Program-made: the position numbers and the translations under genes
Source of the DNA: the human T2T-CHM13v2.0 reference genome, Homo sapiens
DNA length: 64,000 nt
NCBI RefSeq assembly: GCF_009914755.1
Contig: NC_060942.1
Direction: 5' to 3' (one strand)
Part shown: piece after piece, positions 46,651-61,896 of the stretch
Position numbering within the stretch: the stretch's first letter is position 1
How the letters are laid out: each line of letters opens with the position of its first letter
The notes under the pieces: generated by a model
The model's database searches: none
Told to the model about the DNA's origin: nothing
Seen by the model: only the letters and a program-made list of their open reading frames with translations

Positions 46651-47229
46651 TAGGATTTAAAAAAGTTTTATTTGAAATCAACAACTCATCAGAAATATTG
46701 TCAAAATTGTATCCATAGTATTATAGGTTTCATTAAGATATGCATAATTATTGTTGAGTCTATTGAGATAAAATTTGAGATTTTATCTTATGAAAACAAT
46801 GAATTTAGAATTTAATTTGAATCATTTAATTTTATTTTTCCTTATATTACTCAGATATTTTTATTTCCAATTAATTTGTCAATTGTTTGAGATACTTTAC
46901 TTACTCTATTTTACTTGTTTATAAATCTCAATACCAGAAGTCATTCACTTAACATGTTTTAATATGTACAAATTTAGCAAGTAATGGTCTTGATCTTTGT
47001 CTATAATATACATTTTTATAATTTATTATATTTTTATGATAATCAGAAGTATATATAATATTTTGGGACACAAACATACACATAATAACAAAAGATGGTG
47101 ATATTGATTGCAAAATTTCTATGTAAATGTTATTCTTAATGCTAATAATATTTTTATGGTGATTTTGCTGAAACACATTATTATAGTTCTTTCCTATAAT
47201 ATGCATTTGTTTACTGGCAAACAGAAGAA

Positions 47230-47450
47230 TTAAAAGTTTAGGTTCTGACATCAGCATTTCTGGGAATAAATGTCAACTCCTTTACACACAATAGTGAGGA
47301 CTTGGCAATATTTTATCTCTCTGGGCTTCAGTTTTCTTTTTTATAACATCAAAATGGAAATGTTTCAACCTCATATAAATATTTAAATGAGTTACTTACG
47401 TTAAATACCTATGAACTTGCCTGGTACATATTTAACCCAAAATAAATGCC
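47230..47450 (+). mobile_element. MIR fragment
   Basis: cttggcaatattttatctctctgggcttcagttttc. Confidence 0.6.
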
Positions 47451-49925
47451 CAGGTATATTATCATCACTCAAATGCATAATATGTGGCTTCCTACTGAAA
47501 TTATAAACATGAACTTCAAAGGATTTTAAAATAAGTGTTTATCAAGTTATGTAGCAGTCTTTATGGGTCTTCAGATTTACCTAGCAGAAATATTTCAAAC
47601 CATTCACATTTTTAAGATGATAACATCAGTTTTAGAGCAAAACCTTTTAAGCTACTCAAAAGCATTATGAAGTCAAGGAGATATAGTTGTTGAAATATGA
47701 CATTCTCTGTAAATCAGTTATGAACAAATGGATCTAGGTTTATATGGCTATTCTGTGGTATAAGATAAAAGGGACCCTATCCGAATAGATTCGTAAAATA
47801 TTTCTCATTTGGTGTTTCTAATGAGAACAGAAAAGAAATACTAGTTAATACTGCATCTTATATTTAGCTAATACATTTATAAATTCTGACCTTTAAATAT
47901 CAGATACAGAAGTTATTAAAAATACCAATTTCAAATCTATTTACCTATATTCACACAGAACAAAATATGCTGTTTAAAGAAGCAATAATCTGGCTGTATC
48001 TGAAAAACAAAATGTGCATATGGTTCAACATTTAATTTTATAGCCTATCATTCATCTATTTAAATGGCAATATATTACAAATAAAGAGAAAATGAAATGT
48101 CAGTAAGACAGTACTGTATAGTAACATGTGAGTTCCTGCAAGGTACTTTAGATGATGGAACACAGATAGGCTTGTGCTAATAGCCATTCACAATAGATAT
48201 ACATCAGAATTCGTGATAAATGGAACCAACGCTTTTTGTGAGAAAGCTAATTTACAAATAAATGCTAGAAAATATACACTAATACTATGTCTTTCAACAG
48301 TTCTCTAAGTAAATATTCAAATATTTTTGTTCTTATCAAGTGATTATGCTATATTAACTCTATTCAGAAAAAAACCATCTAAGAAAAGTTTAATGTGATG
48401 TAAAAATTAAGCTTTAGAGTAATTTTCTGTTTTTAAACAACATTCTTGATACAATGTGCATCATGTGAAAATAAACTCACTTTTTCAGATAAGTACAAGT
48501 TTTCGTTTTACATGAGTCACTATAACTAATAACTTTATTCATATTTTAAAGTGTTTTAAACATAGCAATGAAATTATTACATTTTATATAATATCAAAGT
48601 AAAAAAGAGAATAATGCACAATTCATCAGAAATGTTAAGGTACAAATGTATCGCTACAAAATGTTATTTGGCCTTCATATATGCACAGCAATCATAAAGA
48701 AATATAAAGAAACAAAGTGAAATGCTAAGAAACCAAGTAGCTCTGATACTAAAACTTTTAGGAAGACAGGAATGATTCTTCACACCCAGTCATTTCCTCT
48801 CATTTATATGAACTGAACAGATACACTGGTTTAATCTTAAAGTCTGAATACAAAGAAGGACTATCTTTTAACTAAAATGAAATCCTGATAAAATACACCA
48901 TAGCATAAACATTTATCTTTTTATTCACTTATTACTTACATATTGCTCCTTTTTATTTTTTAGGTTCTTTTCCCCAAATAACTATTTATTAGCTCCCAAA
49001 GATACCACAAAATTAAACAAAATAAAATAATTTAAAAGTAAAAAAAGACAAATTAGCCCAATGGGAAAGAATTGTAGGAAAATAAAACACAGTTTTGGCA
49101 AATGCAAGGTCAGAACAGAAGCACCATGTCACAAATTCTGTGCAGTTGCCAGACATGGATAGGCATTGAGATTCAGGCTTTCCAGAGCAAGTGTAAAACA
49201 CAGTAACAGGACCATCACCAACACTACTAATGCTTCCATCAGAGAGAAATTTTCTCTGTATGTCTTCAGAAATAAGAGAAAACCATGTTTTTTGGGTGGC
49301 ATTTTCTAATGTTCCCAGTAACATTTTTTTTAGATGCTTCACACAAACACACAGACAAAAGGGTTTCTGATAAAATGCATTTTGAAAATTCTACATATAT
49401 AGCACCTCACTCCATCCTCAAACTTTCTTAGATTCATGGCAGATATCAGCATATTAAAACATATTTATTTCCAATTAACCTAATTTTTAAAAACTGGATT
49501 TTCCCAAACACCCTTCATTTTCTCTACATCTGACAGTTTTTCTTGGATATTAGTGTCGGTGTGTAACATGGTTTAGAAAGAGTGTGGAGCTGATTCCTAT
49601 AGACTGTGTATAAAGGAAAGCAAAAACCCATTTTATACGACCACATCTAAAAAGATTTTCAGAGTGTGTTCTTCTTCACCATAATCAGCTGCAGGTTTGC
49701 AGAATTCTACCCATTTCCTCTGGGAATCAGGGGCACCTTAAAGGTGTCCAGAGAACTAATGCTAACCTAACTGTAGCCAAGGTTTAGGGCATGGATAGGA
49801 TCAAAGAGATATCCACATAGATAATGGGGCCTTGGCCATAGGCAAAGCTCAAGGCACAAATAGGAATCAGGGCCATGAACAGTGAAAGGATTGAATCATG
49901 GTTGCCGTTATAAAGAAGCCTTTCC

Positions 49926-50218
49926 AGGTTGGGCATGGTGACTCAAGCCTGTAATCCCAGAACTTTGGGAGGTCGAGGCAGGTGGATCATTTGAGGTCAG
50001 AAGTTCATGACCAACCTGGCCAACGTGGTCTCTACTAAAAATACAAAAAAATAGCTGGGTGTGGTGGCATCCACCTGTAATCCCAGCTACTGGGAAGGCT
50101 GAAGCAAGAGAATTGCTTGATCCCAGGAAACCGAGGTTGCAGTGAGCAGAGATTGCTCCATTGCCACTCCAGCCTGGGCAACGGAGTAAGACTCTGTCTC
50201 CAGAAAAAAAAAAAAAAA
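49926..50218 (+). mobile_element. Alu (AluS-type)
   Basis: Sense Alu. TSD aagcctttcc / aagccttccc. Confidence 0.95.
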
Positions 50219-52802
50219 GCCTTCCCACAGCAAGAGCCTGGGAAGACAAAGACACTGTGGGGGCTTCGTCAGGGGCTTGCTCTAGGAATCTGAATCTGAT
50301 ACCACAAGCTCTACCCACTTGCCTTTGGTCCCTTCAGATCGGATTTATTCTCAGCACATACGCTGTCTGGTTCTGTTAAATCAACTGCCTCTCTTTCTTT
50401 ACCTTCAGTCCAGAAAACTCCTTCAAATTGTGGAGGGAGAAAAAGAAAGGAAGGAGCAGGAGGAATTTCCCCCTCTACATATTTAATCGTCATACCCTCT
50501 TAGCTAAACCCAGATTGTCTCTCTGCCCTCGAAAGTGTTACATTAAAAACATTCTTCACTAAACATTTTTTACAAACTTTTCTTTATGAAGACCTGAAGA
50601 GAAAATTTCTCCCCGATTGAAATATTAGCAGTGATGCTAACAATCTTGGTATTGCATTTCATATGTGCCTTGGATAACATAATCTAACTATGTATCCATG
50701 TCCAGCAAATGCACAGAAATTGTGGCATGGTGTTTTTGTCCTAATCTTATAAAATAAGATTTGATAAAATATTACTTTACTTCTTTAACTAAATATTTCC
50801 CATTTGGCTAAGGCTTTGACCACAAAAATCAGAAGAACTTCCATTTACTTTATTCTAACTCATATCCTCAGTTTGTAGGATCTAAAGACCTAATGACCTA
50901 AAGAATTAAATGGGAAGAGAAAAAAAGTTTTAAAAAGTAACACAAAATTTGAGGTGGGTGTGGAAACAAAAAAAGATGGTTAATTATAAAAAGAAATCTG
51001 TTTGGCACATGTGGAATACATTTTAGAAGTGTTGCCTTAAACGCAGCAATGATTGGTTTAGTTATACTTTTTTATAAAGTCCTTTCATATTTGCTTATTT
51101 CATTAAGCCAATATTGAAACAAATAGGTTAAAAATGTCATCTGATTCTACGGAATTTTGTTCCTGAGAACCTCCATATAGATAGGTTTCTAAGTATTTAA
51201 AGGAAGAGATAGGCTATGTATCTTCCAGGCAGTCCTCTATGTAGAGAAATAAACAACCTTAGACAACTATTAAAACATGGTAAGTATATTTCTCTCTCAT
51301 ATTCAGGTTTCCTTATGGAGTTATGCTTAATTATTATGATTTCGTCTACTTACTTCTTTGATATCTCAAATTTTCATTTAGAAGAAACGTGAGATAGGTA
51401 TTATAAAATTGTATAAATCAATCTAATATCTTCTCTAGGCCTTATATTAATCAAAGCAAATAAACTGAGTGACTATTACTAAGGTCCGACATGTTATAAT
51501 TCAGTCACACATCTTAAACATTCTTTTATAAGATATCTACATATTTTCACAGATATAAACTTTTCCAATTTGAGCCACTTGTTAAGCAGAAACCAAGAAA
51601 CTTCCTTAACTTAAAAGAAAGGAAAATATGACTTATGAGAAATGACAAAGCTACTCATAAACTTTTGAAATGGCTCTAAAATCAGATTTTCTTACCACAC
51701 TGCATTAAAATAATTTAAAGGATTTATAATGTCTTCCCAGAAATGTAATAACTATAAAACCTTATAGATTATAAATTGCAGTCTTACATCTCTGTTGTTG
51801 ACTTCTGTTAAATTTCTATTGTTTCCAAGTTAGAAACCTATTAAAACATTACCATAATAAACATTAACATCAAAAGTATTTTGCCTTTCTCTTACAATTT
51901 CAAACAACATTCTTATATGTATTTTCTTACTTGGTAACTAAATTTTTATTGTTCACCAAGTAAAGAATGATGATTGAATAAGTAACATACATGGAGAGAA
52001 ATGTATCATGTGCTTGATGAGCCAGGTACAGTAAACTATAAACCAAAGGAGGGTTTAAGAATCAGGGTGGAGTCAATACTTAGGGAGGAACTGAAAGTCA
52101 AGGCAGAATGAGAGAGATGAAAGAAAGGGCTGCTGTCAGTGTTAGTGAAGACTGCACGTGCTCTACAGTGCAGAAAATAAATAATATGAAGTGACTTTTA
52201 AATCCCTTAAGATAAGTCTGGGGAAATTTTTCTTACTAAACCTAGTAAAATTCTCTGATATTATCGAAAAGGCTCAATTGCCTAAATTCATTGTAATCTA
52301 GAATACTACAAGAGCTGTTAACTAATCAGAATGTAACACTTCCATAATGACACTTTATAAGACCTATTTTTTACCTTGCTGCGCCTAAAAATTAAATTAG
52401 ATAAATTTAGCAATTTTCTAAGTGCTTTAAAATATCTTTATTCTCTCATCTTGCTATTTGAAATTGTATTTCTCAATCTGATATTTTCTGCAAGAATATG
52501 AGAAAAAGAGAAATAATGGGAAAGGCAAATGATACTTAGAATACGATTTTATGTCCTTGTAAGATTAGTGGTACCAAAGGACAGTTCATTTTACTTTTGT
52601 TTAAATTTGTTTAATTTTGGTTTTGTTGTTGTTCTTTTTAAAATATCTTGGTAGAAATACTGACTTGCCTAGACAATCGGGAAAATAACTGGGGGATGCT
52701 CCACTATATAAGTAGCAACTCTTAGAAACTTACTAGGAGCTTTGAGCCATGAGACTCTGGCTGTATAATCTTTATGGTTTCCAGTAAAATGTCTCACTCT
52801 AG

Positions 52803-53435
<633 letters not shown>

Positions 53436-54545
53436 TCAAAGAGCTATTTTTCAAGAAATTAAAATGCTTATCCAAGAATAAAATATAAGACACTGCTTCC
53501 TTCCTTAAGAAAGTTTGCCTAAAATAATTTTCATCTGAACCAACAAACATGATTCAAATAACAGTTGATTTACACTTTGTCTAATTACCTTACATCTGCA
53601 TCAACCAGTAACAAACACTTTGGGGACAGATGGTCAGTCTGAGAAGTACACATTGAGTAGCACTACCTAGACCACATATTGAAATCCTAGAAGCATCTGC
53701 TTGTCAGGATTCTGACACATTGTACACTGTCATGCCTAGAAGACTCATATTCTAATAGGAAACAGAAAAATAAAACCAGTGGTTATAAACTATTATGATA
53801 GTTACTATAACAAACATATGCAATAGGTTTTCTTCGAAGAGACAAAGGAGGTACTTACTTGATGTATCAAAAGCCGAATACAAGCAGAGGCAATAATTGA
53901 ACAAGAGAATAAGCTAGATATTGAAAGACTGGAGTCAGAGGTAAAAGCAAGTAAAAAAGACAAAAGAAGATTTGATGATGGGGAAAAAAAGTACTCAAGA
54001 ATAAATGAAACTGCAGAATTAAACAAGTTACATAGAAAAGGAGGAACCAGGCAAAAAAATAATAACTATTTATGCCTGAGATATTTAGTGGATGCTATCC
54101 CGAAAATTCCAAGGTTTTGTTAACTGTCTAATAACTGATCTACAATTACTTTACTAGTAGTTATATCCCTGGCTTAAAAGCAAGCAAAAGAATCACAACA
54201 AAGCACACACACACACACACACACATCTTCTACTGCCACCCAAACAGAAACAGGAATTACTTGCACAAATGAAACAACTAAAGAACCAATCACTCTTATC
54301 CTCACAACAACAACAAAAGCTGAACAAATGGCAAATCAACATCTTTTCTTGAACCCATCATAAAACTGAAGTAACAGGGAAACCTGGAGAGATAGGTGAA
54401 TCCAGAGTCACAGCTGAGATCTGCTTATGTGGAGCAGAAGCTGCTGAAGCCATAAATGTGTTTGAACACTTAAAGGTAATTCTGATGAATTACTAGAAGC
54501 TGAATGTAGACTAAAATTCCTGGGTGCCACATTCTTAGTTGGCCC

Positions 54546-54960
54546 TGTTACAGGTAGTTAGATAGGCATGAGCAGGGCAGGAGAGGGGTCTCCCCTTACC
54601 CACCAGGAATGTCAGGTGATGGTTTGACAATTATCACACTGCCTCTCTAGAAATGATAATTTGGCAGCCCACCCAAGGCTCCAGGGAGAGGCCATTTCCT
54701 GATGATCCACAGTTATTAACATTAAAGTGTTAATTGAATGCAGGTGCTTGGGACAATAAACTTCCTGGGCATGCATACAACTTCCTAAACACACTGCCTG
54801 TGCTCAATTCCCAAGGGTAAGGAGGGCACTGCACATGGGGGAAGCTCACCCTAAGAGAAGAATCATGGGAAAGAGGCAACTCTACAAAGTCCTAGAATCA
54901 AGGTTAAAAGCTCTTTTCTCTTTTTGACCTTCAGGCACCCTCTTGGATCTCTTCCAAGTG
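54546..54960 (+). mobile_element. ERV1 MER4-group LTR (LTR29/MER50/MER84-like), 3'-truncated
   Basis: tgttacaggtagttagataggcatgagcagggcaggagagg ... ccaccaggaatgtcaggtgatgg. Confidence 0.75.
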
Positions 54961-55116
54961 AATTTCTCTGCCACCAGTAAAAGCCCCCATATGTTTATGA
55001 GCTGTATATATAGGGATACCTCTAGATTCTCATAGCAAAGATCCAAGAAATGTCCTTCTCTGGTTTTGTCCAGTGGAGGGGAAAAGTAATCACTGTGAAA
55101 TCCTCCCAGGTCATTC

Positions 55117-55461
55117 TGTTGCAGGTCTTTCTCTTTAGTTCAGCTAAAAGCTGGGTTCTTGTCACACGGCCATGAAATATTAGGCTCACAGACACTTTGA
55201 AGGGTGAGAAAAACGGAATTTTTGTTGTGAAAAGGAAAAACCAAAAGGAAAATAGGAACTCTCTCAGCAAAGCGAGAGTCCTGCTAGCCGGTTTCCCGCC
55301 TCACAGATTGAATTCCCGGAACACTCCGGAACAGGAGAGGCCAGGCTCCTCCCCGCTGCAAAGGGCACAAACTTCCTGAGGGTCCACCCCTGTGTGCACT
55401 CCTCCCAGTGTGCAGGCTGGTTGGAGGTTCTCCGGTGACCCCTTTGTGCTTGGGTGTCTCA
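55117..55461 (-). mobile_element. MER48-like ERV1 solo LTR
   Basis: TG...CA ends, ttagttcagctaaaag. 4-bp TSD attc at 55113-55116 and 55462-55465. Confidence 0.8.
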
Positions 55462-55842
55462 ATTCTCCATGACAAAGGACAAAGGTCTCCAAAGAAAGAG
55501 ACTAAGCTCATCCTATCTGGGCACTGGCATTTGGCCAATTCCAGGTATCTCTACCTTGATATTTTACGTGTAGAGAGAAATAAAAGTTAAGAAACCATTG
55601 TGAAGGTAACAGCTAATGAACACATACCAATTTTACACTTGGATAAGTAGAAAGATGACAGAATGCATCTCTCCCCACAGGTTCCCACCAAATCAACAGA
55701 GCTTCAGTATAATAGCCATGGGTTATAGCTGACAGAGCCACATGATGCAGATTCTGAGGAGTAGTTTTTAGGGATACACAGAGAAACCTCGGAAGAAAAC
55801 TACAAGAATGTTAGATGAATCTGAAACCTTTGGCAGTAGTTA

Positions 55843-56381
55843 TGTCACCGGCAGAGGGTCGTAACTGCAAGTTGTCTAGGTTCTTGGTGTTTTGAACAAA
55901 TAATTGGACAAAACGCCCAGCAAAGCAAAGAAAAAAGCAACAAAAGAATGAAAGCAGACATTTATTGAAAAGGAAAGTACACTCCACAGTGTGGGAGCGG
56001 ACCGAGCAGCTGCTCAAGGGCCTGGATACAGAATCTTATTTGGTCCAAATATCCCCTAGAAGTTTGCCATTGGCCACTTCATGCTCACCTCTTGTAACTG
56101 AAATGTTAGCCCTCAATCAGTCTGATTGGCTGCCAGCAGCAACCATTCAGAGGCTGGAGTGAAGTTATGAAGTTGGAAAAGAAGACTGGACCCGCACTCA
56201 GTGTGATTTGTTGCGGACAGCCGTCTGCCATCTGCCACGCAGGAAAGGTCAAAAGGAGTAGCCTCTAGTCCTTTTGCTACTTAGGCATGGAAAGTTAGGG
56301 TTTTCCTTTCAGTTTAGTTCTAGGAAGTCGGCGTGAAAGGGCCTTAGGTTCCCTGCCTCCAGACCCTATTCTCCTGCCTCA
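55843..56381 (-). mobile_element. MER51-like ERV1 solo LTR
   Basis: Ends ggccttaggttccctgcctccagaccctattctcctgcctca, the reverse complement of the MER51 start. 4-bp TSD gtta at 55839-55842 and 56382-56385. Confidence 0.88.
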
Positions 56382-59197
56382 GTTACAGTAAATATTAAAT
56401 GTAGCCTAATGCAGCCAGATGAACATAAATCCTAACATTAAAGGTTTAGTTACCTCAGTTTCTGTTACCCAAAACATGGTATTCAGCTTTCAACAGAATT
56501 TTACAAAGCATGCCAAAAAGAAAAAAAAAAAAAGCAATCTTTGTTTAAAAAAAAAAAATCACCAGAACTAGACTCCAATATGATGCTGAGAACAAAATTC
56601 TCCTCAAACCAGGAATTTAAAATGACTATGATTAGTATGTTAAGGGTTCCAATAAAATCATAGAAAAACTATAAGAACAAATGGTTCATGAAGCTGATAG
56701 ACAATTACTCTAAAAAAGAATTTTTAAAATGCTAGGAAACAGACACACTGTAATAGAAATTAAGCCTTTCTTTGATATGTTAATCGCCATACTGTATGCA
56801 ACTAAGGAAAGAATTAGTAAGCTTAATGATTAGTTAATAGAATCTTGACAAACTAAACTGCAAAGTAAATGATAATGATGATGATAACAGAAGAGAACCT
56901 CCAAGAACTTTGGAACAATTTTAAAGGTTTAATAACATACATGTTTTTGGGATACCAGAAGGAGAGAAATTGAGACTAGAGTGGAAAAAATATTTGAAGT
57001 AACAATAGCAGACAATTTCTCAAAATTAATGACAACCAGTACACTATAGCTCAGAGAAGCTCAGAGAAGCCAACAGGATAAATGCCAAAAAAAAAAAAAA
57101 TCTACACCAGGAAAATAATATTCAAACTACAAGAAACTAAAGACAAAGAGAAAAACTTCCAAAGATGTGACATTAAAAGGATAATAAAGAAATATAATGA
57201 GCAAATCTTTGCCCCTAAATTTGGTAACTTAGATAAAACGGATGAATTCCTTGAAAGATACACATGACCAACGTTTATACAAAGAGAAATATATAATCTG
57301 GATGTCTATATCTATTAAAGAATTGAATCAAAATTAATAAGTTCCCAAAGAAAGAAAGCACTAGGCCAGATGGTTTCGCTGGTTAATGCTATGAGATAAT
57401 TAAGAATTAAATGATACAAATTCTTCAAACGGTCTTCCAGGACACAGAAACAGAAGTGAGCATGTAAAGCATCAAAGGAAAGAAAAACTACAGGCTTATA
57501 TCTAACATGAATATAGATAAAAATATGCTCAACAATATATAAGGAAATCCTATATAACATTGCCTGAAAAAAGAAATACATGAGCTGGGAAAATAATTAC
57601 TTCAGGTATTTAAGGCTGATTCAATGTTCAAAAATCAATTAATGTAGCCAATTACATTAAAAGGCCAAAGTAGAACAATCATACAATTGTGCAAATTGAT
57701 GCAGAAAAAGCAGTTAACAAAATCCAACACTCATTCATGGTGTTGGATAGCGCAGCAACCTAGAAACATTTTACTCCTCAACAGAAAACATTTACCAACA
57801 AAAGGCATATCCAAAACTAATATCATACTTAATTGTAGAAAAATGGTCATCTTCCCCCTAATATTGGAAACAAAGCAAGAATGTCATCTCCCAAAACTTC
57901 GAGTCAACAGTGTAGTGGAAGTGTTAGCTGTTAAAATAAAACAGAAAAAAATGAGATACATATTGGGAAGAAAGAAATATAATTGCCTTTGTCTGCTGAT
58001 AATAAAATTGTCCATGTAGAAAATCCCAAAGAACTGATAAAAACTATATACTGGATCTAATATATTAGTATAGCAAGGTTGCAGAATATAAGGTTAAGAT
58101 ACAAAACTCTATTGCTTTCTTATAAACCATCAATGGAAAACGGGAAATTTAAATTAAAATGGCAATACTATAATAACAGTTTAAAAACATTAAAAACAGG
58201 TACAAATCTAAAAAATATATAGAGGCTCTAATCAAAGATTCTGCAATTCTTCTCAACATGATATAAAGACTCAACACAAGCCCAGGTGAATTTCCAGAAA
58301 ATCATTTTATAGATATCAACGAAATAATTTTTAGGTAGATATGGAAAATCATAGGATCCAGAATAGCGTATACAATATTACAAATGAACAAAGTTGGAGG
58401 ACTGACTCTATATGAATTTAAGACTTACTATAAAGATACAAATGTCAATACAACATTGCATCAGTAAAAAATAGACACATAGATCAATAGAACAGAACAG
58501 ACAGCCCATAAAGAGATCCATACAAATATAATCAAGTGATCTTTGATAAAGGAGAAAAGGCAATTAAACAAAGAAAGAATAGTCTTTTCAACATCTGGTG
58601 CTGAAACATTTGGATATTTATATGTTAAAAAAATGCATCTATGTATCGACTCTACATCTTTTAGAGAAATAAATTCAAAATGGATCACAGAGCTTACTAT
58701 AAAACACAAAACTGTAAACATTTTAGAAGAAAACATAGGAGAAAATCTAAATGACTATGGGTTTGGCAATGAGTTTTTAGATAAAACACCAAAAGCTTAA
58801 TCCATGAGAGAAAAAAATTTATTAGTCAGCCTTTATTAAAATTAAAAGATTTCTGCTTTGTGAATGACACTGGTAAGAGAATAAAAAGACCAGATACAGA
58901 ATGGGAGAAAAATATTTTCTAAACATATATTTGATACTTACATCCATAAATAAACAAAGAACTATTAAATCTAACAATAAGAAAACATATGACCCAGTCT
59001 AATAGAAAAATCAATCTCATTTGTCATTAAGGAATTGCAGATTAAAATAGTACTTCAATACCATTTTATACTTGTTAGAATGGCCAAAATAAAATAAAAA
59101 CCTGATGATACCAAATGCTTGTGAGGTTGTGGAGCAAGAGGAATTCTCACTTATTTCTGGAAGGAATGCAAAATGTTACAGTCACTTTGGAAACTAG

Positions 59198-61896
59198 TGT
59201 CTTGGACTGCTATAAAAAATACTGCAGACTTGAGAATTTATAAATAAATTTATTGCTCACAGTTCTGGATACTGGAAAGTCTTAGATTAAGACACCAGCA
59301 AATTTAGTGTTCAGTGGGGGCTTGTTCCTCATAGATGGTATCTTTGTTGCTGCATCCTCCCATGGCAGAAAAGCCAGACACTCTCAAGCTTTTTTACAAG
59401 GGTATTAATTCTGTCTATGACAGCAGAGCCCTCATGACCAAATCACCTCCCAAAGGCTCTACCTCTTAACACTATCACCATGGGCATTAGATTTTCAACA
59501 TTTTAAAGGAACAAAAGCATTCCAGGTGTAACATTTTATTCCTGATCCCCCAAAATTTATGTTCTTCTCACATGGAAAACACATTTATTTCATCCCAATA
59601 GTTTCAAAATTCTGAAGTCATTCTATAATCAACCCGAAAGTCTAAATTCCAAAGTCTCATTTAAATATTATCTAAATCACATGTGAGTGAGATGCAAGGT
59701 ATGATTCATCCCAAGACAAATTTTCCTCCAGCTGTGAACCCATGAAATTAAACCAATTACGTGCTTCCAAAATACAATTGTGTGACAAGCATAGAATAAA
59801 CATTCCCATCATGGAAAAAAAAAATAGGAAAGAAGAAAGGGGTAATTGGCACAAGTTAGTCCAAAACCCAACAATGCAAACATTAAATCTAAAGTTTCCA
59901 GAATAATCTTATTTGACTTTAAGCACCACCTTTTGGATATACCTGGAGAGGGGTCGAGCTCCTAACAGTCTGAGTGCCCCTACCCCCATGGCTTTGGTAG
60001 GAATAGCTCATGCTATAGTTCTCATAACAGGAGTGACTGCCACTTTCCCAGAATTGAGCCACATGCCAGTGCCTCTACCAATCTATTGTCTCAGGAGTGC
60101 CCCCCAACTCCATGTATCTAATGGGCAATGCCCAAGTGAATATTCTCTGCAGTGGCCCCACACTTGCAGCAATTCTCTACCTGGATCCCAAAACTCTCCA
60201 GGGCATCCTTTAAAACGTAGATGAAAGCAGCTGTATTAGTCTATTTTCATACTGTTACGAAGAAATACCTGAGACTGGGTAATTTCTAAAGAAAAAGAGG
60301 TTTAATGGACTCACAGTTCCACATGGCTGGGGAGGCCTCACAATCATGGTGGAAAGTGAAGGAGGAGCAAAGGCACATCTTACATGGTGGCAAGCAAGAG
60401 AGCATGTGCAGGGGAACTGCCCTTTATAAAACCATCAGATCGTGTAAGACTCATTCACTATCACCAGAACAGCACTGGAAAACCCGCCCCTGTTATTCAA
60501 TTACTTCCCACTAGGTCCCTCCCATGACCTGTGGAGATTATGGGAGCTACAATTCAAGATGAGACTTGTGTGGGGACACAGCCAAACCATATCAGCAGCC
60601 ATGTCCTCATAGCTCTTGTACTCTGTCCACCTGTAGAGTTGGCACCATATGGGTGCTACCAAAGTTTACAACTTGTGCTCTCCTGAGAGACAGCCTGAGC
60701 CAAACCTGGACCCACTTGAGCCAAAGCTGGGAGAGCTAAAACGCACTGTAACAGAATGTAGGGAGAGGAACCTTGAAATCATTTCTTCACCAAAGCCCTG
60801 GTGTTCTGGGGCCATGATTGGCTTGGCAGTGTGAAAATCTTCAAAATGCCTTTGGGGTAACTCTATTGTCTTCCACCCATACTAATCTCCTTATCAAATT
60901 GTTCACCTGACAACACCATTGGTGTTCTCTCCTAATCTTGTTTTTTTATTCTTTACAATATGTTAAGGCTAAGAATTTTCCAAATATTTAAGTTTTGATT
61001 CCATCTTGATTACAAGTTCCATCTTTAATTCATTGACCTTATCTTGCATTTCCCTATAAGCAGTCAAGAGAAGCCATGTGGCATCCTCAACACCTTGCTT
61101 AGCCATTTCTTCCACCAAATATCCAATTTCATCACTCTTAATTTTCTCCTTCCACAAAACACTAGGACAGGAACACAATTAAGACAAATTATTTGCCACA
61201 ATATAACAAAGACGATGACCTTTTTGTCTGTTTCTAATAATTCATCTTTTTGCTCCCATTAAAGATCTCATCAGAATGGCCTTTATTATTTATATGTCTG
61301 TCAACATTCCATTCACAGCCCCGTTAGATAATCTCTAAGAAGTTTGAGGCTCCCTCTACAGTTCCCCTCTTCTGAGCACTTGCCAGAATTGCCTTTAACA
61401 CTGAGTTCAAGGAATCTAGGTGTTTCCTCACATGCACCTCCAGACTGTTCCAGTCTCTGCCCATTACCCAATTCTAAAGCCGTTTTCACATTTCTAGGCA
61501 TTTTTTATGGCAGCACCCTACTTCCTGCTACCAGTCTATCTTAGTTCATTTGGACTGCTATAACAAAATACCCTAGACTGGGTAATTTAAAAACATCATA
61601 AATGTATTGCTTACCATTCTGGAGACGGGGAAGTTCCAGATCTAAGTGACAGCAGATTTGGTGCTTGGTAAGGGCCTGTTCTTCATGGATGGTGCCTTTT
61701 TGCTGTTTCTTCACATGGAGGAAGGAGCAAACAAGTTTCCTCAAGTCTTTTTATAAGGGCACTAATCCCATTCATGAGGGTAGAGTTTTTCCTGATGTAA
61801 TCACCTCCCAAAGACCCACCTCTTAACGTTATTGCCTTGAGGGCTAGGTTTTTAACATATACATTTTAGAAGAACACAAACATTCAGATCATAGCA
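59198..61896 (-). mobile_element. Two-LTR MLT1A/MST-like MaLR provirus (LTRs 59198-59533 and 61537-61896, plus internal region)
   Basis: Two related LTRs (ggactgctata...cacctcccaaag...acctcttaac) flank MaLR-int sequence. L1 ORF2 continues across the insertion. Confidence 0.85.
60232..60594 (-). mobile_element. THE1B-like solo LTR nested in MaLR-int
   Basis: tgtattagtc ... ggggacacagccaaaccatatca. 5-bp TSD gcagc at 60227-60231 and 60595-60599. Confidence 0.93.

Noticed and set aside
57048-57070. Small tandem duplications (gctcagagaa x2; also 28981-29001 and 35841-35862)
   Set aside because: Ordinary slippage events.
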